A stretch of 64,000 nt of DNA from Hyalangium minutum (GTDB taxonomy: Bacteria; Myxococcota; Myxococcia; Myxococcales; Myxococcaceae), in assembly GCF_000737315.1 (NCBI RefSeq), contig NZ_JMCB01000007.1:124001-188000 (forward strand), written 5' to 3'. A program made the position numbers and the translations under genes. Numbering within the stretch: the first letter of the stretch is position 1; each line of letters starts with the position of its first letter. The notes beneath the pieces are model-generated. The model was not told where the DNA came from and did no database searches. It saw only the letters and a program-made list of their open reading frames with translations. This document shows positions 18,804 to 28,754 of this stretch, piece by piece.

Positions 18804-20279
18804 TCAAAAGGCAATGAGCCGGAACAGTTCGTCAGCCATACGGCGACCGTGCATCTCCATGTTCCATCGAGTGCCCGAGAGAATCTCGTACTGAAGCCCA
18901 GTTGCGGGGTCAATTGCGTCTACGCCCTGTCTGCTCCACTTCAGGAGCTTGAACTGAGCCCGCAGCGCGTTCTCTACGAACCTGCCGCGGGCCATGCGTT
19001 CCAGGAGATGGGCTTTTAGGTGCTTCCCGAGTCTCCTCGCCTCGTTGATGGCTTGGCGCTCGTTTGGGCTCAAGGCACTGGGACTCCAAGTTCTCGCAGC
19101 CTGCTGCGCTGCAGCTTGCAGGGCGTCGCCCACCGGATCTGCCGTGGGGATCTTCTTCAAGGATGTGGTGGCGGGTACGTGCCAGCGCTGCCCATTGATG
19201 AAGACCTGCATGTTGCCGAGCCGGTGCCGGATGATGGTGAACACCGAGCGGGCACTCGCGGTGGTTGCGGCCTCCTCAGCCACGGCAGCTCGCTGCAGCA
19301 CGGAGAAGGTGCCCTCGGAGGAGACGGCCACTTCCTCCACCTGGGCGGCCTTCTGCAGTGACGTCCCTTGTGCCTCAGCCCTCGCCGCCGCGCGCGAGAA
19401 GCCGGGCAGTTGGGGCAGCTTCTTGGCGAACTTCGCTACCGTGCCACCCAGCGCGGCGGTCACGAGCATGACCAGCACGTGTGACGTGTTCTCCCCCAGG
19501 ACGCGGCCGTACTTCTCTCCGGCAGCGCGGACCTGTGTCACAGAGGAGGCGCCGTCGACCTCCTTCACCAGCACCACCCATCCGTCCATGAGGTTCCAGA
19601 CGGTGCTGCCCCCCAGCCAGGCGATGAGGCCGACGGTCAGTGACGCGGCCAGGACCTTGGATACGGGCTCAGGCAGCATCCACATCGCGAGGTAGATGGC
19701 GCAGGTCCACACGATCAGGGAGAGAACGGCTGCGGGCTGCACCATCTCTTTGAGGGAGTGCTTGAGCTGCTGGAGCGCCGGCGCCAAGCCGATGGCCAAC
19801 GCCAGGATCCGAGCATCCTCGAGGGTCAGGACAGGCCCATCGGTCTGGAGGCCCAAGCAGTCCGCGCCAGCATTCAGCTCATGGCAGACACGCGCGTACT
19901 CGTGCCGGAGCTCCTGTGCGAGGGAGGAATCCAGCGGGCTGTTCTCGTCCAGAGGTGTCAGATGCACCCGGCGGTCCGTCCCAACCTCTGCCAGCAGGCT
20001 GCTCCCCAAGGGCTGGGACAACAACCACTGGGCCGACTCCTTCGGGGTCGTGGAGAGCGGCACTGCGGGAAGCAGCGTGCTCATCGCACGGTGGAAATCC
20101 TCTTCAGTGACCTGCTCCGGCTCCGGGTCCGGGTCGCTCACGGTGAGGAGGTGGGCCTCGTAGCGGAGTGCAGCCAGCTCCCACTCGGTGGAATCGCTGT
20201 GCGTCGGAGGAGGGGCAGGGGTGGTGGCGCAGGCGGTCAACAGCGCCAGCGCCAGCGCATCCAAGCGGTAGCACTTCAT
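18804..20279 (-). CDS. sitA5: SitA5-like polymorphic toxin lipoprotein with putative nuclease C-terminus
   Basis: Lipobox LTAC; conserved myxobacterial segment YLAMWMLPEPVSK..AWLGGSTVWNLMDGW..AAGEKYGRVLGEN; divergent C-terminus. Confidence 0.75.
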   Translation of the reverse strand: MKCYRLDALALALLTACATTPAPPPTHSDSTEWELAALRYEAHLLTVSDPDPEPEQVTEEDFHRAMSTLLPAVPLSTTPKESAQWLLSQPLGSSLLAEVGTDRRVHLTPLDENSPLDSSLAQELRHEYARVCHELNAGADCLGLQTDGPVLTLEDARILALAIGLAPALQQLKHSLKEMVQPAAVLSLIVWTCAIYLAMWMLPEPVSKVLAASLTVGLIAWLGGSTVWNLMDGWVVLVKEVDGASSVTQVRAAGEKYGRVLGENTSHVLVMLVTAALGGTVAKFAKKLPQLPGFSRAAARAEAQGTSLQKAAQVEEVAVSSEGTFSVLQRAAVAEEAATTASARSVFTIIRHRLGNMQVFINGQRWHVPATTSLKKIPTADPVGDALQAAAQQAARTWSPSALSPNERQAINEARRLGKHLKAHLLERMARGRFVENALRAQFKLLKWSRQGVDAIDPATGLQYEILSGTRWNMEMHGRRMADELFRLIAF

Positions 20280-20306
20280 GGGAGAGCTCCGGTGTGGACT
20301 CGACGC

Positions 20307-21944
20307 TTACGGTGACTCGTCGGCTTCCACCGTGTCGTCGATGGAGACGGGAGGAGCCAACGCGCCCAGCATCGCGGCCGTGAGTGCCGGATCTGCGGGC
20401 TCGGTGCCTCCCTCGAACAGGCTCGCACCCAGCTCCCTGGCCTCCACCAGCGCCTCCGCGGGCGAAAGCTGTCCCGCCCGCAGTGTGTCGAGAAGCTCGT
20501 CGTTGGCCAGCACGGCCAGCGCTCGTGCAGCGCTGGAAGCCAGCAGGACCGCCGCGTCAGCCGGAGGCGTCTCCGCCGGCAGTGCGTGGCCGAAGAGCGT
20601 TTGGCTGTGAGCCATGAGCTCGGGCGTCACCGCGTCCCATGAGAAGGCACCCATCCCGCCTCCCACGAACAGGACGCGGAGAACCTCCGCGCGGGCTTCT
20701 GCATCCGCGCTCCGGAGCGCCTCCACTCGCTCCGGGTTGTCCAGCAACGCTGCCCAGGCTGCGCCCAGCCCCTCCACCTCACCTCGGAGGAGCAGCGGCA
20801 TCAGGTCCTCCAGCAGCGTGGCCGCCTCGTCTCCCAACCCCGACAGCTGCACCGCGTAGAGCTGCGTGAGCGCCGCCACCACCTCGCCAAGTGCTCGTGG
20901 AGCCACGCCCAGGCCGGGGATTCCCAGCACCTCGCCCGCCAGTGCTCCCAGCGGGAGCCGCCCGCCCGCCATCAGTCCATCCACCGCCCGGGTCACGCTG
21001 CGGAAGATCCTCCCCGCCGACGCCATCCCGATGGGGCCTCCCAGCGCCATGCCGATCAACCCCACCCCCGTGGCACTCAGCTGGCGCGCCACACCGTCCA
21101 CCGCGCTCACCGCCCCTGGGGACTGTTCGCGCTGGGCCAGCGCGTCCTCCGTGAAGGGCGCCAGGTTCTGGAAGAAGGCCTGATGCTGCAGACCTCCCAG
21201 CACGAGGATCTGCGCCACCTGCCGGGGATCCGTGTCGGCCTCGAGCCGCGAAGCGAGCGCCCGAAGCCCCTCCGCCGCCATCTCCGCGAAGGCCCGCTGC
21301 GAGGCACTTACGGGCGAGTCCTCCAGCACCGCTCCAAAGACTTCATCCGCGAGCGACTGCAGGAACCGCGCGCCTTGATCAGGCCGCAGCACGTGGGGCA
21401 CCAGCACCGAGAGCGCCTGGGCATCCACCGGCTGCGTCATCGCCGACAGCTCCGGCAAGCGGGCCACCAGCGCCACGGGAAAGCGAGCAATCGGCGCCAC
21501 CTGTTCGGGCAGCAGCGCCTGGAGTGCCAGCTGGGCCTCGTGGGCCGCCGCGCTCGTGAGGTTGCCCCCATACGCTGCGAGCAGGTCCAGCGGCAGCTCG
21601 GGCCGCAGCAGGAAGAATGCGAGGTTCGCCAGGCGCTGCTCGGGCGTGAGCCCCGGGTCGCTCAGCAGCGGTCCGCCCACCGGATCCGCGAACAGCACCA
21701 CCCACTGCGCCGCGTCCTGCGCCCGCGTCTCCTCGTCGCCGGGGTAGCGCAGGCGGGCCAGGCACGCCGCCAGCCCCGAGCTGAACTCCTGGCTCCGCAG
21801 CGCCTCCGCATCCGCCTGGAGAAAGGCCTGGGTGAGCAGCACGTCCGTGGACGGCTCGCGCGGCAGGTTCGCCACCGCGTGCAGCAGCAGGCCCATGATG
21901 GCCGGGCCCGAGGGCGCTGCCGGAGTCGAAGGGTTCTCCATCAC
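20307..21944 (-). CDS. Hypothetical all-alpha protein
   Basis: 545 aa, GC3-biased frame; 4-bp overlap with the upstream gene. Confidence 0.7.
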   Translation of the reverse strand: MMENPSTPAAPSGPAIMGLLLHAVANLPREPSTDVLLTQAFLQADAEALRSQEFSSGLAACLARLRYPGDEETRAQDAAQWVVLFADPVGGPLLSDPGLTPEQRLANLAFFLLRPELPLDLLAAYGGNLTSAAAHEAQLALQALLPEQVAPIARFPVALVARLPELSAMTQPVDAQALSVLVPHVLRPDQGARFLQSLADEVFGAVLEDSPVSASQRAFAEMAAEGLRALASRLEADTDPRQVAQILVLGGLQHQAFFQNLAPFTEDALAQREQSPGAVSAVDGVARQLSATGVGLIGMALGGPIGMASAGRIFRSVTRAVDGLMAGGRLPLGALAGEVLGIPGLGVAPRALGEVVAALTQLYAVQLSGLGDEAATLLEDLMPLLLRGEVEGLGAAWAALLDNPERVEALRSADAEARAEVLRVLFVGGGMGAFSWDAVTPELMAHSQTLFGHALPAETPPADAAVLLASSAARALAVLANDELLDTLRAGQLSPAEALVEARELGASLFEGGTEPADPALTAAMLGALAPPVSIDDTVEADESP

Positions 21945-23110
21945 GCCTGCATCACGGACCGGACGAAGTCCGCGAGGTTCCCCTCGCCAATGCGCTGGAG
22001 CAGGGCCTGAGCCGCCTGGGGACTGCCAGAGGCCGCCAGCGCCGCGCCGCGCTTCAGCCCAGTCGCGTCGGAGACCTCAGGCGCCAGGCTCTTCTCGTAC
22101 AGCGCCGTGGCCACCTGCGCCTGCAGCTCGGACGTGCCCTGCCGCGCCACCTGCCCGGCCACTTCGAGCGGGCTCTGGCCCTCGGTCAGCTCACCCGTGG
22201 AAGAGAGCGGGGCCTCACTGTCCACGAACTCCTGCGGCGCCGGCTTGACGCCTCCCGGGAGATCGTCCAGCGAGGGCATGAAGCCATCCGAGGCCGCCGA
22301 GGCCTCCTGCGCGGAGTCCTGGCCCATCGGCAGGTCATCGAGCGATGGCATGAACGCGTCGATTCCCGCGCCGCCCGAGTCCGAGCCCTCGAAGGGTTCC
22401 GGGTTCGCCAGCTCGGAGAGGACCTCGTTGCGCGCCTCGCCCTCGGGCATGGCCAGCACGAGCTCCAGGTCATCGCGCGACAGCGTCATGGCGCGCTTCA
22501 GCTCGGGGTGCTCGCTCTCCCACGCCTGGGCATCGGGGAAGCGCTGCTCGGGGTTTTCCGGATCCGTGACGCTGCCGTCCGCGTGCTGCACTACCGAGCG
22601 GCCGCTCTCGCCCTCCGAGGGCGCATAGAGCAGCACCGAGTCATCCTCCCCCGCCAGCTCGAAGGACTTCTCCAGGTCGGCGGTGGCGCTCACGCCAGGG
22701 CGGTTTCCAGACATCTCCTCCTGCCGGGCCTGGGAAGCCTGCGGCGAGGCCGCGCCTCCCGTGCGGGCACGCCATGCTTCCCAGTAGCGGGCCGGAGGGG
22801 GGGGAACGTTCGTCCCCAGCAGGTGCTGGTAGCGCGGCAGCCGGGCCTGGAAGTCGCTGTGACCCGTGTAGGTGCTCATCGGGTCCGACGACTTGCGGGC
22901 CCGTCCCGCCAGGCTGGGAGCGTGCGCCTCGAGCAGGGAGTGCCCGGCCTCCTGAGAGGACTGGAAGTCACTTTGATCCGAGAAACCCCGCCGGGCCACT
23001 GGCTCTACGGGAGCCGTAGGCTGGTGTCGGATGGGAGCGGTGACTTCAAGCCGCGCCGCCCACGTCGTCGCGGTGGAGATGCCCGAGAGGATGCGGCGGA
23101 TAGAGCTCAT
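21941..23110 (-). CDS. Hypothetical acidic low-complexity protein
   Basis: 389 aa; internal duplications FMPSLDDLP x2 and SDFQ x2. Confidence 0.7.
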   Translation of the reverse strand: MSSIRRILSGISTATTWAARLEVTAPIRHQPTAPVEPVARRGFSDQSDFQSSQEAGHSLLEAHAPSLAGRARKSSDPMSTYTGHSDFQARLPRYQHLLGTNVPPPPARYWEAWRARTGGAASPQASQARQEEMSGNRPGVSATADLEKSFELAGEDDSVLLYAPSEGESGRSVVQHADGSVTDPENPEQRFPDAQAWESEHPELKRAMTLSRDDLELVLAMPEGEARNEVLSELANPEPFEGSDSGGAGIDAFMPSLDDLPMGQDSAQEASAASDGFMPSLDDLPGGVKPAPQEFVDSEAPLSSTGELTEGQSPLEVAGQVARQGTSELQAQVATALYEKSLAPEVSDATGLKRGAALAASGSPQAAQALLQRIGEGNLADFVRSVMQA

Positions 23111-23240
23111 GCGTTTTCATTGTCCTGTGGAACCCTTCAAAGTTGCTACCCCTCTCTGAGCCAGACAGACCTACACTGAGGGGTGCTGGGGGTTCCGTGC
23201 GGCATGCGGTATAGAGTTCCCAGTGCTGCCCGAGGACGGG

Positions 23241-24008
23241 ATGCGAATCGAGAGCGCGGGACAGACACACGTCGGCAGACGGGCCCACAACGAAGATGCC
23301 TATGTGGTGCGAGGCGACCTGGGCCTGTTCGTCGTCGCGGATGGGCTGGGCGGGCAGGCGGGCGGTGAGGTCGCCAGCCGCTGTGTGGTGGACGCCTTCA
23401 CCGAGTTCGGCGAGCGCATGCTGCGCGACTCCAACTCCACCTGGCCGGACCCGCTGAACCCTCAGAAGAGCCGCGAGGAGAACCTGCTGCTGGCCTGCAC
23501 GGCCATGGCGCAGCGCGCGCTGCAGACGCGCCGGGTGGGCTACCTGCGCGACATGGGCTCCACCGTCGTGTCACTGCTGGTGAGCGACAAGGTGGCTGCC
23601 GTGGCGCATGTGGGCGACAGCCGCCTGTACCGGCTGCGCGCCGGCCAGATCGAGGCGCTCACCAAGGACCACTCCGTCACCGAGGAGCTGCGCGCCGCCG
23701 GCCTGGAGCCGCCTCCGCGAGGGCAGAGCGCCTTTGGCCACATCATCACCCGAGCCCTGGGCACCGAGCGGGCCGAGCCCACCGTGCAGCGGGTGGAGCT
23801 GCAGCCGGGAGATGTGTTCCTGCTGTGCTCGGACGGCCTCTACGAGCCGCTCGAGCCGGAGCGCATCATCGAGGGCCTCTCCAAGGCCTCCGTGCAGGAT
23901 GCCTGTGATGTGCTCGTGACCGGCGCCTACGACGCGGGCGGCCGCGACAACATCACTGCCGTGGTGGTGCGCGTCTCCAGCCCGCCGTCGCTCACCGGGC
24001 TGATCTAG
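23241..24008 (+). CDS. PP2C-family Ser/Thr protein phosphatase
   Basis: THVGR..NED, VADGLGG, GST, HVGDSR, LCSDG and GGRDN motifs. Confidence 0.95.
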   Translation: MRIESAGQTHVGRRAHNEDAYVVRGDLGLFVVADGLGGQAGGEVASRCVVDAFTEFGERMLRDSNSTWPDPLNPQKSREENLLLACTAMAQRALQTRRVGYLRDMGSTVVSLLVSDKVAAVAHVGDSRLYRLRAGQIEALTKDHSVTEELRAAGLEPPPRGQSAFGHIITRALGTERAEPTVQRVELQPGDVFLLCSDGLYEPLEPERIIEGLSKASVQDACDVLVTGAYDAGGRDNITAVVVRVSSPPSLTGLI

Positions 24009-24035
24009 AACTCCGCGCAGAAGAGGGGCTCGCGG

Positions 24036-24341
24036 CTATTTCGAGGGCTCGAGCACCAGTGCCAGCAGCGAGTCCGCGTTCTTATGACACTCGAGCGGGT
24101 GGCGCAGGGGCGTGTTCGGATGGAGCGCGTAACGGTTGCGCCGCCCATCACGGGAGCGGGTGAGGTAGCCAGCCTCCTCGAGGTCCGCGACGATCTTCTG
24201 CACCGCGCGCTCGGTGATGCCCACGCTGGAGGCCACATCGCGCATGCGCGCCTCCGGATTCCGGGCCAGGCACAGCAGCACGAGGGCGTGATTGGTCAGA
24301 AAGGTCCACGCCACCTCGTGGCCGGCTCGGCGAGGGTTCAT
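24036..24341 (-). CDS. Winged-helix DNA-binding protein (MarR/ArsR-like)
   Basis: [43 protein letters not shown]. Confidence 0.85.
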   Translation of the reverse strand: MNPRRAGHEVAWTFLTNHALVLLCLARNPEARMRDVASSVGITERAVQKIVADLEEAGYLTRSRDGRRNRYALHPNTPLRHPLECHKNADSLLALVLEPSK

Positions 24342-24380
24342 GGGGACATTGTACCGTTGCCCCCGTGTGGCGCGGACGGC

Positions 24381-24710
24381 CTACGGGATGGACAGCATGC
24401 CCTTGATGCGGTCGATCAAGGCCTTCTCTGAGTCGGCGAAGGAGCCATCGGAGACGGCCAGGGCTCGGGCGGCCTCCAGCACGTCATCGGGGCGGGTGCG
24501 CAGGATGGCCAGGTCCGGCTCGGGCAGGGGACCTCCGGCCTTGAGCGCGCCCAGGAGCGACTGGAGATCCGCCTCGGGCACGTTCCAGCTGCGGCCTAGG
24601 CCGAAGATGACGAGATGCTCGGCGTGTGTGAGCTGACGGTCACTCCAGGCGACCTGGAGCAGCAGCTTGATGATCTCGGTGTTGAAGCGATCCTCGGCAG
24701 AGGGCGTCAT
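24381..24710 (-). CDS. TerB-like (tellurite resistance/DUF533) small helical protein
   Basis: LLQVAWSDRQL..E and ALAVSDG..DSEKALI pattern. Confidence 0.7.
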   Translation of the reverse strand: MTPSAEDRFNTEIIKLLLQVAWSDRQLTHAEHLVIFGLGRSWNVPEADLQSLLGALKAGGPLPEPDLAILRTRPDDVLEAARALAVSDGSFADSEKALIDRIKGMLSIP

Positions 24711-24792
24711 CCATCATTCCCCGGGCTAGAGCGGCTCGACTCTACACCCAGGCGGGGCGAGGTGGGGCAGCGCCGTTGGCTGGGAGACGCTC

Positions 24793-26178
24793 TCAGGTCC
24801 CCGGGGCGTCCGAGGCCGTGGCCTCCGGCGCGGGCTTCTCCTCACCGGCGGCCTTTACCTCGGGCGGCGCTTCGGCCTTCAGGGCGGGCTCGGCCCCCGT
24901 CTCGGGGGCGGGCGCGGGGACGGCTTGGCTCTGGGCCTGGGCCTGGATCATCGCGTCCACGGGCAGGCGGCGGGGCGGCACCACCACGGGGGGCGGGACG
25001 GGGCAGCGCGTGCAGGGGCCTCGGAGCGGCACCGAGAGCACCTGGCCGATGTGCAGCATGGAGCCGCGGATGCGGTTCGCGTTGCGGAGCCCCTGCACCG
25101 TGGAGTTGTACTTGATGGCGATGGCGCCCAGCGTGTCGCCCGAGCGCACCCGGTGCATGGCGATGTTGTGCTCCGGCTGCAGCGCGAGCAGCGGGGCGAG
25201 GCGGCGCCCCAGCTCCTGGGCGCGCGGGTTGTAGAAGCGCACGTGGAAGTGGTCGCGGTGGCCACGCGCGTGCTTGATGATGGACTGCTCGCCCGCGTGG
25301 AACAGCGAGTCCAGCCACGCCTTGTCCTCGCCGATCTTCAGCGCGTGATCATAGAGGACCTTCTGGACACGGCGGTCCACGAGGATGAGCTGCACGTCCG
25401 CGTGGGTCACCAGGGCGCGGATGAGGGCCCAGTTCATCACCAGGTCGATGGAGTTCTCGCGGGCGCGGGTGCGCACCACGTTGCCGTTCGGGTAGTAGAA
25501 GCCCAGGTCCACATCCCGGCCGTTCTGGTGGCTCTTGTGGGGCCGGATGTAGCCGCCATCCTTGGCGCTGATCTGGTTGACGCGGAGCAGGGGGGCATCG
25601 GGGTAGCGCGCCCGGAGCTCGCGGATGACCTGGGTGAGGTAGTCGACGGTCTCCTGGGTGGTCCACGCCTTCTCGGGGGAGACGACGGTCCAGTCCTTGC
25701 TGTCCGGGAAGCGGAGGGCGTTGACCATGCGGCCGCTGTGCACGAAGCCCACGGACACCGAGCCCAGGGTGGCCGGCTCCTCCTTCCACCGCCGCTCCAG
25801 CTCGGTGTCGGAGATGTCGGTGGTGTACTGCACCTCGGGGCTGCCGGGAGAGGCCTCGGGGCCCTCGGACTCATCCGACTCGGTGGATTCAAACCCAGCG
25901 ACCTCGGCCGAGTCAGAGTCGTCATCCGCCTCGCCCTCGGCGGCGTCTTCGCCCTCGGGAGCCGCCTCGGGGGACTCCGCCACGGCCGTCGAAGCCGTGG
26001 GAGCGCTCACCGCCTCGGTGGCAGCCCCCGGCATGGCGGCCGAGGATGCCAGCGGCTGAGACGGTGGCACCGCCGCCGTTTCGGCGTGCGAGGGGCTCGC
26101 CGGCGGGACGGAGGGGGAGACGACGTGCGCGGTACACGCAGCGCACAGCAACAGGGGAATACAGGACAGGAAACGCAC
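24793..26178 (-). CDS. Penicillin-insensitive murein endopeptidase (MepA-like) with LysM domain, lipoprotein
   Basis: GTG start, lipobox CAAC; HKSHQNGRDVD and HRDHFH zinc motifs; HRVRSGDTLGAIA..L..AN LysM. Confidence 0.88.
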   Translation of the reverse strand: MRFLSCIPLLLCAACTAHVVSPSVPPASPSHAETAAVPPSQPLASSAAMPGAATEAVSAPTASTAVAESPEAAPEGEDAAEGEADDDSDSAEVAGFESTESDESEGPEASPGSPEVQYTTDISDTELERRWKEEPATLGSVSVGFVHSGRMVNALRFPDSKDWTVVSPEKAWTTQETVDYLTQVIRELRARYPDAPLLRVNQISAKDGGYIRPHKSHQNGRDVDLGFYYPNGNVVRTRARENSIDLVMNWALIRALVTHADVQLILVDRRVQKVLYDHALKIGEDKAWLDSLFHAGEQSIIKHARGHRDHFHVRFYNPRAQELGRRLAPLLALQPEHNIAMHRVRSGDTLGAIAIKYNSTVQGLRNANRIRGSMLHIGQVLSVPLRGPCTRCPVPPPVVVPPRRLPVDAMIQAQAQSQAVPAPAPETGAEPALKAEAPPEVKAAGEEKPAPEATASDAPGT

Positions 26179-26351
26179 GCGGCGCAGAGGATTACCCGAA
26201 AACGGCCAAACCTGAAGCGGACGGCCAGCCAAAGTCGGGCGGACTGGGGCGCTCGTGACCCCGGAGGGCAGGCAGGCAAGCACAGGCCCCGAGCGAGAGA
26301 CATGTTCCTTGCGGGCCCGAGGGGCCCGGACGATGGTGCAAGCGGCCCCTC

Positions 26352-27740
26352 ATGACCGTGCTTCTTCCCTCGGAACAGCCGCCCGCGCCTCCCTCGCCGC
26401 AGCGTGACTCCGAGGAACGCATTCGGCAGTTCTTCCTCTGGGCACTGGTGGCGGGAATCGTGCCTGTCTTGGGTCTGCCCGTAGTGCTGGGGCTGACGCT
26501 GCTCGGGCGGCGGGAGGCGGCGAGCCCGTCTTATCAGCGCTGGTACCGGAGGCTCGTGGCGCTGGCCATCCTGGACGTGCTGGTGGCGGCGGCCAGCCTC
26601 AGCCTGTCTGGGGGGAACTGGAAGGAGCGGGCCCGCTCCCCAAAGGTGCTCGCGGCGCCCCGGGTGCTGGGCGTCACGGTGGATCCGGACTCCTCCGGGC
26701 CAGGGCTTCGGCTCGCGGAGGTGGATCCGCGCGGGCCTGCGGCGGCAGCGGGCCTGAAGGCCGGCGAGGTGGTGCTGCGAGCCGAGGAACAGCCCCTCTC
26801 GAGCAGCCAGCACCTGAGTGAGCGGATCCAGTCGTTGCAGTCCGGTGCGGCGGTGCGGCTGGAGGTGGAGAGCGGTGGGGCCCGGCGGGAGGTGCGCGTG
26901 GTGCCTGTGGAGGCTTCCGAACTGCCTCCGCTGCCGCGAGGCCTGTTCGAGCCTCAGCCCCGAGGCGTGCCCGTGCTCACCCGGGACACGTGGAAGGGTG
27001 TGCTCGGGCTGGTGCTGCCGGTAGGGGCGCTGCTCGGGTTGTGGGGGCTGGGCCGCCGCCGTGGCGCCGACACGCGCCCGCTTCTGGTGCTGGGGGCGCT
27101 CGTGGTGTCGGGGCTCGGCACATGGGTGGCCTCCCGGGGGCTCTCCGCGCTGCTCGGAGGGCCCTCCCGGGGCGTGGTGCTGCTCAGTGGCGCGGTGAGT
27201 GCGGGGGGGCTGCTGCTCGTGGCGGCGGTGCTGGCCCGGCGCGCCCCTCCAGTAGCCGAGGCGCCGGAGCAGCCACGGTGGCTCTGGGTCTACTTCTCGA
27301 GCGTGGGGCTGCTGATCACCCTGGGGGCGCGCGCGATGGTGTTGGTGGGCTGGGTGTCTCAGGTGCTGGGGGCGCTGCCCGACCAGAACCAGCACCCGAT
27401 GGTGGAGATGGCCCGGCAGGGGCCGCTGGGGCCGCTGGGGTGGAGCTTGCTGGCCATTCCCTCGGCGCTCTTGGCGCCCGTGGGCGAGGAGCTGCTGTTC
27501 CGAGGGGTGCTCCTGCCCTGGCTGAGCGGGTGGATGGGGAGGGTGGCGACGCTGGTGGTGAGCGCGGCGGTCTTCGCGTCGCTCCACCTCTTCTATGGCG
27601 TGTTCGCCGGGTGGATCTTCTTTCTGGGGCTGCTGCTGGGGTGGGCGAGGCTGGCCAGCGGCGGGCTGCGCGCGCCTATGCTCCTGCACGTCACCATCAA
27701 CAGCGTCGCGCTGCTGATGTTGGCGCGCACCCTGGTATGA
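26352..27740 (+). CDS. CPBP (CAAX/Abi) intramembrane metalloprotease with PDZ domain
   Basis: PDZ (GPAAAAGLKAGEVVL); EELLFRG, FASLH and HVTIN motifs. Confidence 0.9.
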   Translation: MTVLLPSEQPPAPPSPQRDSEERIRQFFLWALVAGIVPVLGLPVVLGLTLLGRREAASPSYQRWYRRLVALAILDVLVAAASLSLSGGNWKERARSPKVLAAPRVLGVTVDPDSSGPGLRLAEVDPRGPAAAAGLKAGEVVLRAEEQPLSSSQHLSERIQSLQSGAAVRLEVESGGARREVRVVPVEASELPPLPRGLFEPQPRGVPVLTRDTWKGVLGLVLPVGALLGLWGLGRRRGADTRPLLVLGALVVSGLGTWVASRGLSALLGGPSRGVVLLSGAVSAGGLLLVAAVLARRAPPVAEAPEQPRWLWVYFSSVGLLITLGARAMVLVGWVSQVLGALPDQNQHPMVEMARQGPLGPLGWSLLAIPSALLAPVGEELLFRGVLLPWLSGWMGRVATLVVSAAVFASLHLFYGVFAGWIFFLGLLLGWARLASGGLRAPMLLHVTINSVALLMLARTLV

Positions 27741-27787
27741 CTCCATCGTTTCAACTGGACTTCGTCTCCCCTGGACGTGTGGCCCTC

Positions 27788-28237
27788 ATGAGCGACGAGG
27801 CATTCCCTCAGGACAAGCAGGCCTTGATGGAGATGCTGGGTCCCCTGTTTGGCGACGCGGTTCCCCACAACCAGGTCCTGGGCATGCAGCTGGTGGACGT
27901 GGGGCCGGGAGAGGCCTCCGTGCGGCTGCCGTATCAGGACTTCCTGGTGGGCAACCCCGAGACGGGCGTGCTGCACGGCGGGGCCGTGATGGCGCTGCTC
28001 GATGTGGCTTGCGGCACCTCGGTGTTCCTCAAGCTGCGGCGACTGGCGCTCATCGCCACGCTGGATCTGCGCATCGATTACCTGCGGCCAGCCCGTCCCG
28101 GGAAGGACATCCTCGCGCGCGCCGAGTGCTACAAGGTGACGCGCTCGGTGGCCTTCGTCCGGGCGCTCGCGCATGACGGAGAGCCGGACGATGCCGTGGC
28201 CTCCGCTCAGGGCACCTTCATCATCCGGGAAGACTGA
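27788..28237 (+). CDS. PaaI-family thioesterase
   Basis: LVGNPETGVLHGG..LLDVACG and TLDLRIDYLRP. Confidence 0.9.
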   Translation: MSDEAFPQDKQALMEMLGPLFGDAVPHNQVLGMQLVDVGPGEASVRLPYQDFLVGNPETGVLHGGAVMALLDVACGTSVFLKLRRLALIATLDLRIDYLRPARPGKDILARAECYKVTRSVAFVRALAHDGEPDDAVASAQGTFIIRED

Positions 28238-28240
28238 GCC

Positions 28241-28705
28241 ATGGAGCCCCGCCCGCCCATCCGCCTGGCCGAGCTGCTGCGCGAGGTCCGCCAGAGTGGC
28301 GATTACCGCCGCCTCACCGAGGCCATCCCGTACGCGCGCTTCCTGGGGCTGCACATCGAGCCCCAGGGTGGCGAGGTCCTCTGCCGGATGGAGTACTCGC
28401 CGAGAATCCTCGGCCACCGTGCGCTGCACGGTGGCACGGTGGGGGCCCTGATGGAGTCCGCCGCCATCTTCGAGCTGCTGCGCCAGCCGGCCACGGAGCA
28501 CGTGCCCAAGGTGATCAGCGTGACGGTGGATTTCCTGCGCAGCGGCAAGCTGCAGGACACGTACGCCCAGGCCCGCATTGTCCGGCACGGGCGCCGCGTG
28601 GCCACGGTGCGAGTCGAGGCCTGGCAGGAGGACAGGGCGAGGCCCATCGCCAGCGCCCACGTGTTGCTCCTGCTCAGCACATCCACGCAGGCTGGGCGCG
28701 AGTAA
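28241..28705 (+). CDS. PaaI-family thioesterase (second of a tandem pair)
   Basis: ALHGGTVGALME and SVTVDFLRSG. Confidence 0.9.
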   Translation: MEPRPPIRLAELLREVRQSGDYRRLTEAIPYARFLGLHIEPQGGEVLCRMEYSPRILGHRALHGGTVGALMESAAIFELLRQPATEHVPKVISVTVDFLRSGKLQDTYAQARIVRHGRRVATVRVEAWQEDRARPIASAHVLLLLSTSTQAGRE

Positions 28706-28754
28706 GTCCGCAGTGAGCGGTGGGCCGGCCTGGCGGTGCGTTGTCTATCCGAGG

